Source of the DNA: Candidatus Hadarchaeota archaeon | GTDB lineage: Archaea > CAYQAE01 > CAYVLA01 | Reading direction: 5' to 3' | NCBI GenBank assembly: GCA_964621445.1 | Contig: CAZUNO010000002.1 | Coordinates: 64,001-128,000, forward strand | DNA: 64,000 nt | Shown here: in pieces, positions 27,501 through 37,027 of the stretch | How the letters are laid out: each line of letters opens with the position of its first letter | Numbering within the stretch: the first letter of the stretch is position 1 | Notes under the pieces: generated by a model | What the model saw: only the letters and a program-made list of their open reading frames with translations | The model's database searches: none | What the model was told of the DNA's origin: nothing | Translations under genes and position numbers: made by a program

Positions 27501-28274
27501 TTAGTAGGTTGGAGATTCCTCATACATTATGAGGAAAAGCTTCACCACCATGGCAACCAGGCCAAATATAATTCCAGCTATGATTACCATCATTAGAGGC
27601 CCGATTTTATCCCTTGAGCCGAACTCTACATAAACCCTGGCCTGTTCAGCACTCCTTTCGGTGAATACCCAGGTTATGGTCTGGGCGTCCTCGGTGAAGG
27701 GCAGCACGGTTACATTTTCCGTGGGAAGGAAATTTGACACAACCTCCCCAGGGGGCAGGTGGACGAGGACTTTGGTTTTGTTCGATACAAGATTGCATTC
27801 TGCAGTTACCATCGAGAATCTCTTACGGCTTCCTCCTCCTACCAGAAATGGATTCGCGTAATGCCTTACATCCTCCACTACATCCAGAAGCTTTATCTCG
27901 GTGTTAATCCAGGCCATCTCATCACATTGGGAAAGATCGAGGAACAGCTCCGTCCTATCCTTTGCGAATTGTGGATCCTGAACTGCCTTGCATCCCCCCA
28001 GTGTAACCTTGAACCTATCCTCGGGAGTTAGGATCTCCCCCGGTCCCTCGAATATATGGTCGATGCCAAAGGGATAGGTTATCTTCACCTGTCCATTCCA
28101 GTTCTTTACTCCCTCAATTGACATATGGTGTTCTAGATTGACCTCTCCATCCTTTTCAAACTGAATTTCAAACTGCTGAAAGGAAATCAAAGGCTTAGTA
28201 TACTCCCCACCGACATTAACGGAAACAAGTAATAATGACAGAAGGAGCCCCAGCCTCACCGGTTTCCCGCTCAT
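27501..28274 (-). CDS. Exported, C-terminally membrane-anchored hypothetical protein
   Basis: N-terminal signal peptide, beta-rich body, single C-terminal TM. Confidence 0.65.
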   Translation of the reverse strand: MSGKPVRLGLLLSLLLVSVNVGGEYTKPLISFQQFEIQFEKDGEVNLEHHMSIEGVKNWNGQVKITYPFGIDHIFEGPGEILTPEDRFKVTLGGCKAVQDPQFAKDRTELFLDLSQCDEMAWINTEIKLLDVVEDVRHYANPFLVGGGSRKRFSMVTAECNLVSNKTKVLVHLPPGEVVSNFLPTENVTVLPFTEDAQTITWVFTERSAEQARVYVEFGSRDKIGPLMMVIIAGIIFGLVAMVVKLFLIMYEESPTY

Positions 28275-28334
28275 GTTTCCAGCCCACCCATTTCTAGAAT
28301 GCTTTTCACATTGAAATAGTAGGCCATCGACCTC

Positions 28335-28859
28335 CTAAATCTTGTTGGATAGCTTCCTAACAGCCTCTATCAAAGCTCCTTCCTCAAAAAGCAAGGCCAC
28401 CACGGGAATCCTCACCACCTTCTCAAGCGTATTTGCGGCGATCGGTCCACAGATTATCCCCTTCATCTTCTCCCTTTCAGCCCGTATACCCTGAATGATC
28501 TCCTCCTCTATAGTCATTGCCGGATATTCTCGGATGGCTATGGGCTTCGATTTGCCTTCCAGGGAAACAGTCCGCCTTAAGGTATCCAGAGCCCCTCTTG
28601 CGGTTATCACGCCTATAGTCAGCTCCACCTCGGCACGGTCTATTTTTCTCATGGACCTAACCAACTTCCTGAGACTGGAAAGCATGAAGTCCTCCCTCGT
28701 TCCGGCCAATATCTTGTATAGTGTGTTCTTGGGAATGACCTCCGTCCTATCACAGAACTCCTTGGCGGATAGATTCCTCTCCGCCAGGAATGTCTTTATT
28801 GCCTCCACTAGCTCGTCCGTCGATTCAATTGAGGCCATCAGCACATCGTCAGCATCCAT
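28335..28859 (-). CDS. Cro/XRE-type HTH transcriptional regulator with C-terminal ligand domain (COG4800-like)
   Basis: LSAKEFC...IPKNTLYKIL HTH; TIEEEI..GIRAE..GIICGPIAA; divergent from the ABC operon. Confidence 0.75.
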   Translation of the reverse strand: MDADDVLMASIESTDELVEAIKTFLAERNLSAKEFCDRTEVIPKNTLYKILAGTREDFMLSSLRKLVRSMRKIDRAEVELTIGVITARGALDTLRRTVSLEGKSKPIAIREYPAMTIEEEIIQGIRAEREKMKGIICGPIAANTLEKVVRIPVVALLFEEGALIEAVRKLSNKI

Positions 28860-28980
28860 TTATTTTCCTCCCAGGAAAAATTGATCGAATATACTATTAA
28901 GCTTTTTCCTATTAAGGTTAATTATATTCCTCATACAGAAAAAGCTTTTAAGATAGTCTCATGCCCGGTTTCCGGTGACA

Positions 28981-29964
28981 ATGTTGAATATCCGAAGCCT
29001 TGGGGCCATTATCGTGACAACCGCCCTGGTGACCCTAGCAGCAGCTTGCATAATGACGCCGGAGGAGGCCCACATTAGATATGGTGGTCAGTACTATCCG
29101 GGGGAGTTCCTACTTTACGGTTTAGGGGAGGAATTCTGGAATGAATACGACCTTAACGTAAGCCATATCATCTTCAGCTCGGCCGGAGAAAGTAACCAAG
29201 CCCTCATATCGGGTGATATCGACATTAACTGTGGAGCCGATAGTAGAACCGTTGCCCTGTTCAATGCCATACCGGACCAAGCTCTGGTCATAGGTACCGT
29301 TCAGAGAGGGAACAGGTACTCCACTGTAGTTAGAAAGGATAGTGAATATCAAAATTGGAACGACCTGAAGGGAGAAAAGATAGGATTAAAACTCGGGACT
29401 GGAGCGGAGGGCGTACTCCGCAAGTATTTCGACCAGGAAGGTCTGGGCTGGAATGACTACGAATGGATCAATCTGAATGTGGAGGACATGATCGCCAACC
29501 TCGAGCAAGGCACGATAGAGGCATTTCACGCCTGGGAATTCACACCTTCGATTGCTGAGGCAAAGGGCGTGGGCGTTGTAATGAGAACCTATGGAGACGT
29601 GGCCCTGGTACCGGCATCTATCCACACTACTAAGGAGTTCGCCAAGAATAACCGGGATGCAGTGGTTCGATTTCTAGCCGCACACCTTGAGAAGGCGGAT
29701 ATGATCGCAAATGATCCCCAAAATGCAGCCGGGATAGCCTCCGCGGCGGCGGACGAAATGGGCCTTGATGTATCAGAGGACGCATTCATTAGGGTCTTTG
29801 GAAGGATCAACTTCCAGATAGAGTTCAACGAGACGGTCATAGACGCCATTAGATCAACAGCTCAGTTCCTTGAATCCGAGGGCAAGATCGAGGAAGCCCC
29901 CGAAATAGTTGCAGATTCGAGTTATCTCGAGGAAGCCAAGGAACTCTACGAAAGCAGGAAATAG
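28981..29964 (+). CDS. ABC importer substrate-binding protein, SsuA/TauA/NMT1 family
   Basis: Signal peptide with LAAAC lipobox-like Cys; ALISGDID, DLKGEKIG, AWE motifs. Confidence 0.85.
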   Translation: MLNIRSLGAIIVTTALVTLAAACIMTPEEAHIRYGGQYYPGEFLLYGLGEEFWNEYDLNVSHIIFSSAGESNQALISGDIDINCGADSRTVALFNAIPDQALVIGTVQRGNRYSTVVRKDSEYQNWNDLKGEKIGLKLGTGAEGVLRKYFDQEGLGWNDYEWINLNVEDMIANLEQGTIEAFHAWEFTPSIAEAKGVGVVMRTYGDVALVPASIHTTKEFAKNNRDAVVRFLAAHLEKADMIANDPQNAAGIASAAADEMGLDVSEDAFIRVFGRINFQIEFNETVIDAIRSTAQFLESEGKIEEAPEIVADSSYLEEAKELYESRK

Positions 29965-29978
29965 GTTTGTGAAAGAGA

Positions 29979-30785
29979 ATGCAGGAGAGCGGATTTAAGA
30001 AACACATCTATGAGTTTCTCTCCTTCGTCCTCCCTCTCCTGATATTTGCTGCAGCATGGGAATCCATATCTCGATCTGGCTTCATTAAACCCATATTATT
30101 GCCACCGCCCTCGGATATTCTGAATCGAATCTACCTGGAGGCCACCAAGGGAGCCGGGGAGATCGGTGTTTTTGACCACGTCTTCAACAGCCTTTATCGA
30201 TTGGTCCTCGGCTTCACAACCGGAGCATCGGTTGGCGCCCTCACTGGATTGGCGATGGGGACCAACAAGGCCATATACAGGTATCTTAATCCAATAGTAA
30301 GCGTCCTCATGCCGGTTCCGGGGATCACCTGGACCCCCATATTGGTCCTGGTTCTTGGATTTGGCGACCCAACCCTGATCACCATCACCTTCATAGCCTC
30401 CTTTTTCCCGGTCGTCTATAATACGGCTAGCGGTGTCCGCAGTGTTAACCGCGATTTCCTTCGAGCTGGGAGCATAATGGGTGCGAGAAGGACCGATACC
30501 TTCTTTCGCATACTTGTTCCTGCCAGCGCCGCCTACATCATTACTGGCCTCAAACTCGGGCTCGCCCGGGGCTGGAGAACACTCATAGCGTGCGAAATGA
30601 TCGCTGCTGCCCTCAAAGGTCTCGGCTACTGGATATTCGACGCAAAGGAATACCTGAGGACCGATATCATATATGGCGGCATACTGGTGATGGCGGTGAT
30701 ATTCGTCCTTGTGGACAGGATAGGATTTGCCTTCCTGGAAAGAAGAACCATAGAAAAATGGGGGATGGCAACTGAAATCTCTTAA
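29979..30785 (+). CDS. ABC importer permease, SsuC/TauC family
   Basis: LLPPPSDI, NTASGVRSV, GWRTLIACEM. Confidence 0.9.
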   Translation: MQESGFKKHIYEFLSFVLPLLIFAAAWESISRSGFIKPILLPPPSDILNRIYLEATKGAGEIGVFDHVFNSLYRLVLGFTTGASVGALTGLAMGTNKAIYRYLNPIVSVLMPVPGITWTPILVLVLGFGDPTLITITFIASFFPVVYNTASGVRSVNRDFLRAGSIMGARRTDTFFRILVPASAAYIITGLKLGLARGWRTLIACEMIAAALKGLGYWIFDAKEYLRTDIIYGGILVMAVIFVLVDRIGFAFLERRTIEKWGMATEIS

Positions 30786-30828
30786 CGGGACACGGAAGCT
30801 GAAGGATTTCACGATCTTCCTCCTCCCC

Positions 30829-31548
30829 ATGGCCTCCTTGGTAGCGATTTGGTGGGTCACATATCATCTTGACATAATACGAGTTCTGCCCTCGCCAGCC
30901 GAAGTTGCCTCCACATTGGTTGGCGAATGGTCAATGCTGGCCTCAGATTTGGCCACTAGCGCCTTTAGAATCGCTATCGGGTTCTCCATCGCCATGATCA
31001 TGGGCATACCAATCGGTCTGCTGATGGGCACCAACCGATATGCTTACTTCCTCCTAAGACCCGTCTTCGCGCTACTACTTCCAGTTCCAACCCTGGCCTG
31101 GGTTCCAATCCTACTTATTTTGTGGGGCATAGGCAATCAGACCATCATCTTTGCCATATTCCTTGGAGGATTCTTCAGCATTACCTACAATACGGCCACT
31201 GGCGTACGCAGTATAGATAAGGACCTGATTCTAGCCGCCAAGGTAATGGGGGCCTCAAGATGGGGCCTTCTCAAGAAGGTTCTGCTTCCGGGGTCAATGG
31301 TTTCCATGTTGGCCGGGCTCAGGCTGGCGGTGGGTTATTCCTGGAGAGCCTTGGTTGGGGCTGAGATGCTAGCTGCGGCCAATGCAGGGTTGGGGTTTAG
31401 AGTTTTCAATGCCCGGAGGTTTATGGCAGTTGACGTAATGTTTGCCAGTTTAGTAATAATCATGATCGCAGGATTCTTCATGGAGCGTTTCCTAATAGCT
31501 CCCCTTGAGGAGAGGACGGTGAAGAGATGGGGAATGCTGAGGATATAG
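30829..31548 (+). CDS. Second ABC importer permease, SsuC/TauC family
   Basis: LPSPAEV, NTATGVRSID, SWRALVGAEM, GLG; the true start may be slightly upstream. Confidence 0.88.
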   Translation: MASLVAIWWVTYHLDIIRVLPSPAEVASTLVGEWSMLASDLATSAFRIAIGFSIAMIMGIPIGLLMGTNRYAYFLLRPVFALLLPVPTLAWVPILLILWGIGNQTIIFAIFLGGFFSITYNTATGVRSIDKDLILAAKVMGASRWGLLKKVLLPGSMVSMLAGLRLAVGYSWRALVGAEMLAAANAGLGFRVFNARRFMAVDVMFASLVIIMIAGFFMERFLIAPLEERTVKRWGMLRI

Positions 31549-32357
31549 TTCGCTCCAGCAAATACAAACTGGAAGCCAGAAATATCCGCAAGGAGTTCAA
31601 TGACGGCGAATCAAGCGTCGTGGCCATCGAAGATCTCAACCTTTCGGTCGATCAAAGCGAGTTCTGCGTACTTGTCGGGCCTTCAGGATGCGGTAAATCC
31701 ACTTTTCTATATCTTGCCGCCGGCTTCGAAAAGCCCACCTCGGGTGAAATACTTCTGAATGGGACACCGATTGATGGCCCTGGTCCCGATCGCGGATTTG
31801 TTTTCCAGGAATTCGCCCTCTACCCCTGGAAGACAGTGCTATCAAACGTGAGTTTCGGTCTGGAGATTCAGGGAATGGACAAGACAGAAGCAAGGAAAAG
31901 GGCCGAGAAGTACATAAGGACAATAGGTTTAGAGGGCTTCGAAAACTCCTATCCCCATACTCTATCCGGGGGAATGAAGCAGCGCGTTGGCATTGCTCGG
32001 GCCCTGGCCTACGACCCCGAAGTGCTTTTAATGGATGAGCCTTTTGGCTCTCTTGATGCCCAGACCAAGAAGCTGATGCAACAGGAGCTGCTCAGGGTAT
32101 GGACGGAGACCCAAAAAACTGTACTTTACGTGACCCATAGCGTGGTCGAGGCTTCCTTTCTGGCTGACCGTGTCGTCGTTCTCACCGCCAGGCCTTCCCG
32201 CGTGAAGGGCATAATCGATATCGACATTCCACGTCCACGTAGCTACACCGACGATGACTACCTCGATGTGAGGGAGAGGATCCTATCCCTACTTGACGAG
32301 GAAGTGGAAAGGGCATTCGAAAAGGACAGGGGACGGGCCGAAGAACCCAAAACCTGA
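31527..32357 (+). CDS. ABC importer ATP-binding protein, SsuB/TauB family
   Basis: GPSGCGKST, LSGGMKQR, MDEPFGSLDAQT. Confidence 0.93.
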   Translation: MGNAEDIVRSSKYKLEARNIRKEFNDGESSVVAIEDLNLSVDQSEFCVLVGPSGCGKSTFLYLAAGFEKPTSGEILLNGTPIDGPGPDRGFVFQEFALYPWKTVLSNVSFGLEIQGMDKTEARKRAEKYIRTIGLEGFENSYPHTLSGGMKQRVGIARALAYDPEVLLMDEPFGSLDAQTKKLMQQELLRVWTETQKTVLYVTHSVVEASFLADRVVVLTARPSRVKGIIDIDIPRPRSYTDDDYLDVRERILSLLDEEVERAFEKDRGRAEEPKT

Positions 32358-32358
32358 A

Positions 32359-33108
32359 TTACTCGATGAGGAAGGAAAGCTCCCGTTCCACCACGCTGTT
32401 TTCAAGTTTCTCGTACCTCTCAAGACTTCCAACGTCGTACCAGAAGGAGTCCGTGAGGTAACCCTCAACCTTGTCCCCCTCTTCTATCAATTGGGGTATC
32501 ACCTCGCCGGTGAGGTCGACGCTCAATTTATCGCCGGCCTTCCTCTTCCGGGCCTCGATCTCCTCAACCAACTCGATGGCCCTTCTGTTTAGACAAAAGA
32601 TTCCCATGGCTACTGGTCTGCCCAACATGGGTTTCTCAACGAAACCCATTAGTTCATTGTCCGGGCCCAGGTCAGCAACTCCGACCCTAACCGGGAAATC
32701 GCGAGCCAAAACCACGGTACATGCTGAATCAGTCTCGATATGATTTTTCCAAAGTTCCCCCATGTCAACGGCGGAGAGTATATCCCCGTAATATACGATG
32801 AAATTCTCCTCTAGATCATCCTTGGCGTTTAAAAGAGCTCCACCGGTTCCAGTGACCTCCTGGCTATCCTGTATATACTTGAAATGCGCATTAAACCTTC
32901 CACCCTGATTGAAATAATTGGTAATTTGATTGGCTCGATAATTGATAAGCATGATAATATCATCGAAACCGTGATGGGTCAGCAACCTGACAACCCACTC
33001 CAGGAGTGGTTTCTCCTGATGGCCAACGGGGACCATGGTCTTCTGGAAATAATAGGTAAGCGGACGTAGCCTTACGCCTTCTCCTCCGCAGAGAACAACT
33101 GCCTGCAT
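32359..33108 (-). CDS. Sugar-phosphate nucleotidyltransferase
   Basis: LCGGEGVRLRPLT..K, GTGGAL, YGD, FVEKP, WYDVG. Confidence 0.88.
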   Translation of the reverse strand: MQAVVLCGGEGVRLRPLTYYFQKTMVPVGHQEKPLLEWVVRLLTHHGFDDIIMLINYRANQITNYFNQGGRFNAHFKYIQDSQEVTGTGGALLNAKDDLEENFIVYYGDILSAVDMGELWKNHIETDSACTVVLARDFPVRVGVADLGPDNELMGFVEKPMLGRPVAMGIFCLNRRAIELVEEIEARKRKAGDKLSVDLTGEVIPQLIEEGDKVEGYLTDSFWYDVGSLERYEKLENSVVERELSFLIE

Positions 33109-33226
33109 GTTCCTATTTTTGAGCGTCTATTGAAAAAACTCCCCGAAAATACGGTTATCGAATAAGCTTACCCGGATACAAAATGCTTCAATACAAATTT
33201 ATTTCACCTGGACCCGGAGTAAAAAC

Positions 33227-33856
33227 GTGGAGGATGACCCAAGTGAAGCCCAGCTGGTTCCCGCCGCCAGATCCTTTCTGGGTTCTCTAGCAAAGGAACA
33301 CCTCATAGCTCAGGAAGTGCCGTCCCCGTGGGGTAGACCCGATCTAATTGCTCTGAGTGCGGAGGTCTTTCTCGATAATGTGGAGCCGCTTTCTAGAAAA
33401 TCGTTGAACATCGTGCATAAGATTCGTGGCAACGGTCCAATGAATATTAGCACGCTTTCAGACCGGCTGGGCCTGGCCGAAAAGACCGTTGACAGGCTTC
33501 TCGAAATACCCTTGTCGAGAGGACTCGTGGAAAAAAGGGACGGGGAATTCACTTCGGCAAATGTCTTAAGATGCCCAGAGCACATCATAGCTGTGGAGAT
33601 AAAGGTAAGCGATTGGATCTCGGGTCTACGTCAAGCCCGTAGATACAAGTCATTTGCTGACCAAGTCTACCTATTTCTGGGTAAGAACCCCTCCACATTG
33701 GACCATGATGTATTCCGTGAACAAGGCCTGGGAGTTGCCGAGATAGGCCCTCACCCCACCCTCCTGATAGAAGCCGGGGACTCCACTAAGGAAAACGTAC
33801 CCACGGCTAGGGGAATAATCACCGAGAACGCTCGGCGTATTTTTGGATCTAGGTAA
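33227..33856 (+). CDS. PD-(D/E)xK nuclease-like protein with inserted winged-HTH
   Basis: QEV..PWGRPDL, HTH segment (NISTLSDRLGLAEKTVDRLL), AVEIKVSDW..GLRQARRY..FAD. Confidence 0.7.
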   Translation: MEDDPSEAQLVPAARSFLGSLAKEHLIAQEVPSPWGRPDLIALSAEVFLDNVEPLSRKSLNIVHKIRGNGPMNISTLSDRLGLAEKTVDRLLEIPLSRGLVEKRDGEFTSANVLRCPEHIIAVEIKVSDWISGLRQARRYKSFADQVYLFLGKNPSTLDHDVFREQGLGVAEIGPHPTLLIEAGDSTKENVPTARGIITENARRIFGSR

Positions 33857-34661
33857 ATACTTCCCTTAGGTACTCAAGGCTTTTTCTGGCGATCTTTTTG
33901 GGCCCTGGGGAGAAATCAAAGACCTCTACTGACACATAGCCGTCGTAGCCGGTGTCGTGCAAAGCATCCGCGATGGGCACGAAATCTGTATTCCCGAATC
34001 CCGGTCCCAACTTGTTTTCATCATTTACATGGACATGGGCAAACTTGCCCTCCGCACTGCGGATAATCGAGGGGATATCCTTTTCCTCGCTGCTCATGGC
34101 CTTAATATCCAAGATGGCCTTGAAGTTGGGGTGATCAATTTCATCGACCATTCTCAGGGCATCGTCAACGGTATTTATGAAATCGGTCTCTTCAGGGGCC
34201 AGGGCTTCTATACATAGGGTAACCCCCTTTTCCTCCGCCTCGGGGAGGCACCTTGAGAAGGAATCCTTCGCTAGTTCCCAGGCCTCGTCATACGAGATGC
34301 CTTCAACAACGTTCCTTTGCTTCGGAGAACCAATGACCATGACTTGACCACCGATATCTCCACAAAACCGGGTGAGTTTCTGCAGATATTCATAGGTCTT
34401 GCTACGTATAGAGGTATCGGGGTGATTGATGTAAAGACCTTCCGGCTTGACAAGGAGCCAGTGGAGACCCACTATGTCAAGGCCCAGCTCATCTGCGTTG
34501 TTTGCCAGAGATGTTCTCTCCTCTTTGGAAACCTCAACCACGGACTCACACATGGTAAATGGGGCGATTTCAACGCCGTCGTAACCCGTGGATTTGGCGA
34601 ACTCCATTACATCCTCAATATCCCAATCCTCAAACATCTCATTGCAGATCGAAAACCTCAT
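33849..34661 (-). CDS. Sugar phosphate isomerase/epimerase (tagatose/psicose 3-epimerase-like TIM barrel)
   Basis: GYDGVEI, LCIEAL..ET.FIN, HVHVND.N..GPG.G, GYVSVEVF. Confidence 0.88.
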   Translation of the reverse strand: MRFSICNEMFEDWDIEDVMEFAKSTGYDGVEIAPFTMCESVVEVSKEERTSLANNADELGLDIVGLHWLLVKPEGLYINHPDTSIRSKTYEYLQKLTRFCGDIGGQVMVIGSPKQRNVVEGISYDEAWELAKDSFSRCLPEAEEKGVTLCIEALAPEETDFINTVDDALRMVDEIDHPNFKAILDIKAMSSEEKDIPSIIRSAEGKFAHVHVNDENKLGPGFGNTDFVPIADALHDTGYDGYVSVEVFDFSPGPKKIARKSLEYLREVFT

Positions 34662-34717
34662 ATTATCCCGAAAGCGGTCTTGGACTGCCGCTGATTAATA
34701 TCTTGCCTAATGCGTAC

Positions 34718-35722
34718 CTACCAGGCAGACCTTGCAGATTCCACCATCAACTCGATTGATTCCTTGGGCGTCTGGGGAGGTACCTCACATCCAGTTGAGA
34801 AAACAAAGAGACCTTTTCTATCCCTTTCCTTTGCAGCATTTACTATTGCCCTGGACTTGCTCTCGATATTCTCCGGAGAACCAAAACGTACGACCGAGGG
34901 GTCAAGGTTGCCCTTTATCACTCCATGATCCAGGTCCCTAAGGGAATCCTCAATATCAACCTTGTGGTCGACATCCACGATATCAACCATGTCATCGAGG
35001 TTCGTTAGGATCGCGGTGGTATCCCCGCATATATGCATCTGAACAAGAGCCCCTTCCTTTCCTATGGCCTTGGATAGAGCCCTATCATATGGAGCTAGCT
35101 TTTCCAGATATGTCTTTGGAGAAAGCACATCCATGGAGGAGGAGGCGTTCCCGATGGCGATCACGTCGGAACCCTCCTCGATCAGAACCTTGGCGAACTC
35201 GCTACTAACCTCCAGGCATTTGTCAAGGAGCGGTTCCACCTTTTCGTCTCCACGCATGAGATCTATTATCATGTTTTTGAATCCTCTCAACTGGGCAGCC
35301 AGCTGATATGCACTCATGACCCAGGAAATGACGGCAAATTCCTCCTTAGCCAAGCTTTTCACGGCACCTATCTTCATGGGGAATCTTCCCTCACTGGTAA
35401 CATCAGGAATGGGAATTTCCTCGACGTTCAGGGTGTCCAGGGCTGGCTTATCTAGTTTAGGAAAGTCGTTTTGGGGGCGGTAGGAGGTACTACCCATGGT
35501 CTCTGCCTCTATCAATACGTCGCTGGCCACGTTCACGGAGTCCACATCAAAGGCTCTCGCACATTTAAGCTGAGCCCTAGCCATGTCCTCGGCGTTCTCG
35601 CAGTAAGCCTTTATTGAAATATCCGAGATCTCGCAGGCGGTTGCCTTAAGAAATGGAGCAACGGATAATTCTTCAATGGGTCCTTCGGAACACCCTTTCA
35701 GGAATCTTTCTCTTGGAGTCAA
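34718..35722 (-). CDS. Uroporphyrinogen decarboxylase / MtaA-CmuA family methyltransferase
   Basis: IEAETMG, Zn ligands HICG and STGCEVP, KGNLDP. Confidence 0.82.
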   Translation of the reverse strand: MTPRERFLKGCSEGPIEELSVAPFLKATACEISDISIKAYCENAEDMARAQLKCARAFDVDSVNVASDVLIEAETMGSTSYRPQNDFPKLDKPALDTLNVEEIPIPDVTSEGRFPMKIGAVKSLAKEEFAVISWVMSAYQLAAQLRGFKNMIIDLMRGDEKVEPLLDKCLEVSSEFAKVLIEEGSDVIAIGNASSSMDVLSPKTYLEKLAPYDRALSKAIGKEGALVQMHICGDTTAILTNLDDMVDIVDVDHKVDIEDSLRDLDHGVIKGNLDPSVVRFGSPENIESKSRAIVNAAKERDRKGLFVFSTGCEVPPQTPKESIELMVESARSAW

Positions 35723-35820
35723 TTAATCATCCACTAAAACAAAATCCGGAAACAAGGACTTATTTCTTTTCACTTTTGCATTAATTATCTACTTGAACTT
35801 TTGGCCAATTTATTAGTCCC

Positions 35821-37014
35821 GTGAAAGGAACATGCGATGGTTTCCAGTGGTTGATTAGACCCACCTTTAGCATGATATCCGGTGAACCCAAGCTATATTC
35901 CCTTTACGCAGACGGTATCCTCCTTGAGGCAGGGCACTTCCTCCTCCGGCGACGGTATCTCCAAAGGAACTTCGGAAGCCGGATAGTAACCATGGACCCC
36001 AGGACCCCCGTCTTCCAATTTCTTTCGGATGCCCTGATCAACCACAAAACGAAAAAGGTGCGTTCCAGCTATCTCAAGCTAGCAAGAAAACATGGAGGAC
36101 CCGTATGGGATCGTACCTCCCATCTCAAGCCCGTTAAGCCTTCAGACCTATCTTTGGCCGAATGTAAAGACCTTTGTTATGGTTTAAACGATCTGTACCA
36201 GGAGGCTGAATGTTCCATCGTGTTACCTCCCTACTTCGTATTTCAAAGCCTGGAAGACAAATGGTTCCGTATCAATATTTCACTCTTCCAATCGATGCGT
36301 GAGCTATCCAAAGATCCCGTGTTTATGGTTCTGGCCTTCGATTATCGCTTACTGGAGAACACCGATGACCTCATTAGGCTCAGAGATATCCTAGTCAGCT
36401 ATTCCCCCGATGGCTACGCCATATGGCCCATTTCCTTGGATGAGACGTCAGCGGCTCCAGAGTTCCTCTACGGTTTGGCGCTTCTACTGGAAGGACTTAA
36501 AGCGCCGGCTCTGATGCTCTATGGTGGATTTTTCACCATGCTTCTTTCAGCGATTACCAGAGCTTCCTTTAGCAATGGTCCATGTTTCTATGAAAAAAGA
36601 GATGCGCAAGTGGCTCCTGCCCTCAACTTTAGGCTTAAATGTGGATATTACCTGCCCCAGATATATCGTAGAGTGGACCCCGTGGCGGCTGTTGTATTCT
36701 ACAGATTACTCAGGGAAATGGGCATGGAGAGCTCGTTATGTCGGGTCTGTCAACAGAACACGCAAAAAATTGGACTGGATGGCCTGGCCTCAATGCCGGA
36801 ACTGGATGTTTTTGAACATAATCTGCTGGTTAAAAGAGGCGAAATGGAATATCTTGACGGTCTTTCCAACATTCTCTTGGGTATTGAGTCCGACTTCTCT
36901 GAAGCATTGGCCAACAGGGATGAATTTTCCAGATTTCGTCCCCTGAATCACATCGAGAACTGGCTCTCAGCGGTCAGGGAGATGATCTCCAACCCTCCAC
37001 GCAACAGATATTAA
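35821..37014 (+). CDS. Hypothetical protein, possible TGT-like TIM barrel
   Basis: 397-aa ORF; DPRT, PPYF, DGYAIW, YYLP, CRVC...HNL motifs; the fold is an inference. Confidence 0.55.
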   Translation: MKGTCDGFQWLIRPTFSMISGEPKLYSLYADGILLEAGHFLLRRRYLQRNFGSRIVTMDPRTPVFQFLSDALINHKTKKVRSSYLKLARKHGGPVWDRTSHLKPVKPSDLSLAECKDLCYGLNDLYQEAECSIVLPPYFVFQSLEDKWFRINISLFQSMRELSKDPVFMVLAFDYRLLENTDDLIRLRDILVSYSPDGYAIWPISLDETSAAPEFLYGLALLLEGLKAPALMLYGGFFTMLLSAITRASFSNGPCFYEKRDAQVAPALNFRLKCGYYLPQIYRRVDPVAAVVFYRLLREMGMESSLCRVCQQNTQKIGLDGLASMPELDVFEHNLLVKRGEMEYLDGLSNILLGIESDFSEALANRDEFSRFRPLNHIENWLSAVREMISNPPRNRY

Positions 37015-37027
37015 ATGTCGAAGACAG

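Noticed and set aside
27501-28274. Candidate archaeosortase substrate
   Set aside because: It has a signal peptide and C-terminal TM, but the tail is acidic (YEESPTY) with no signature motif or basic cluster.
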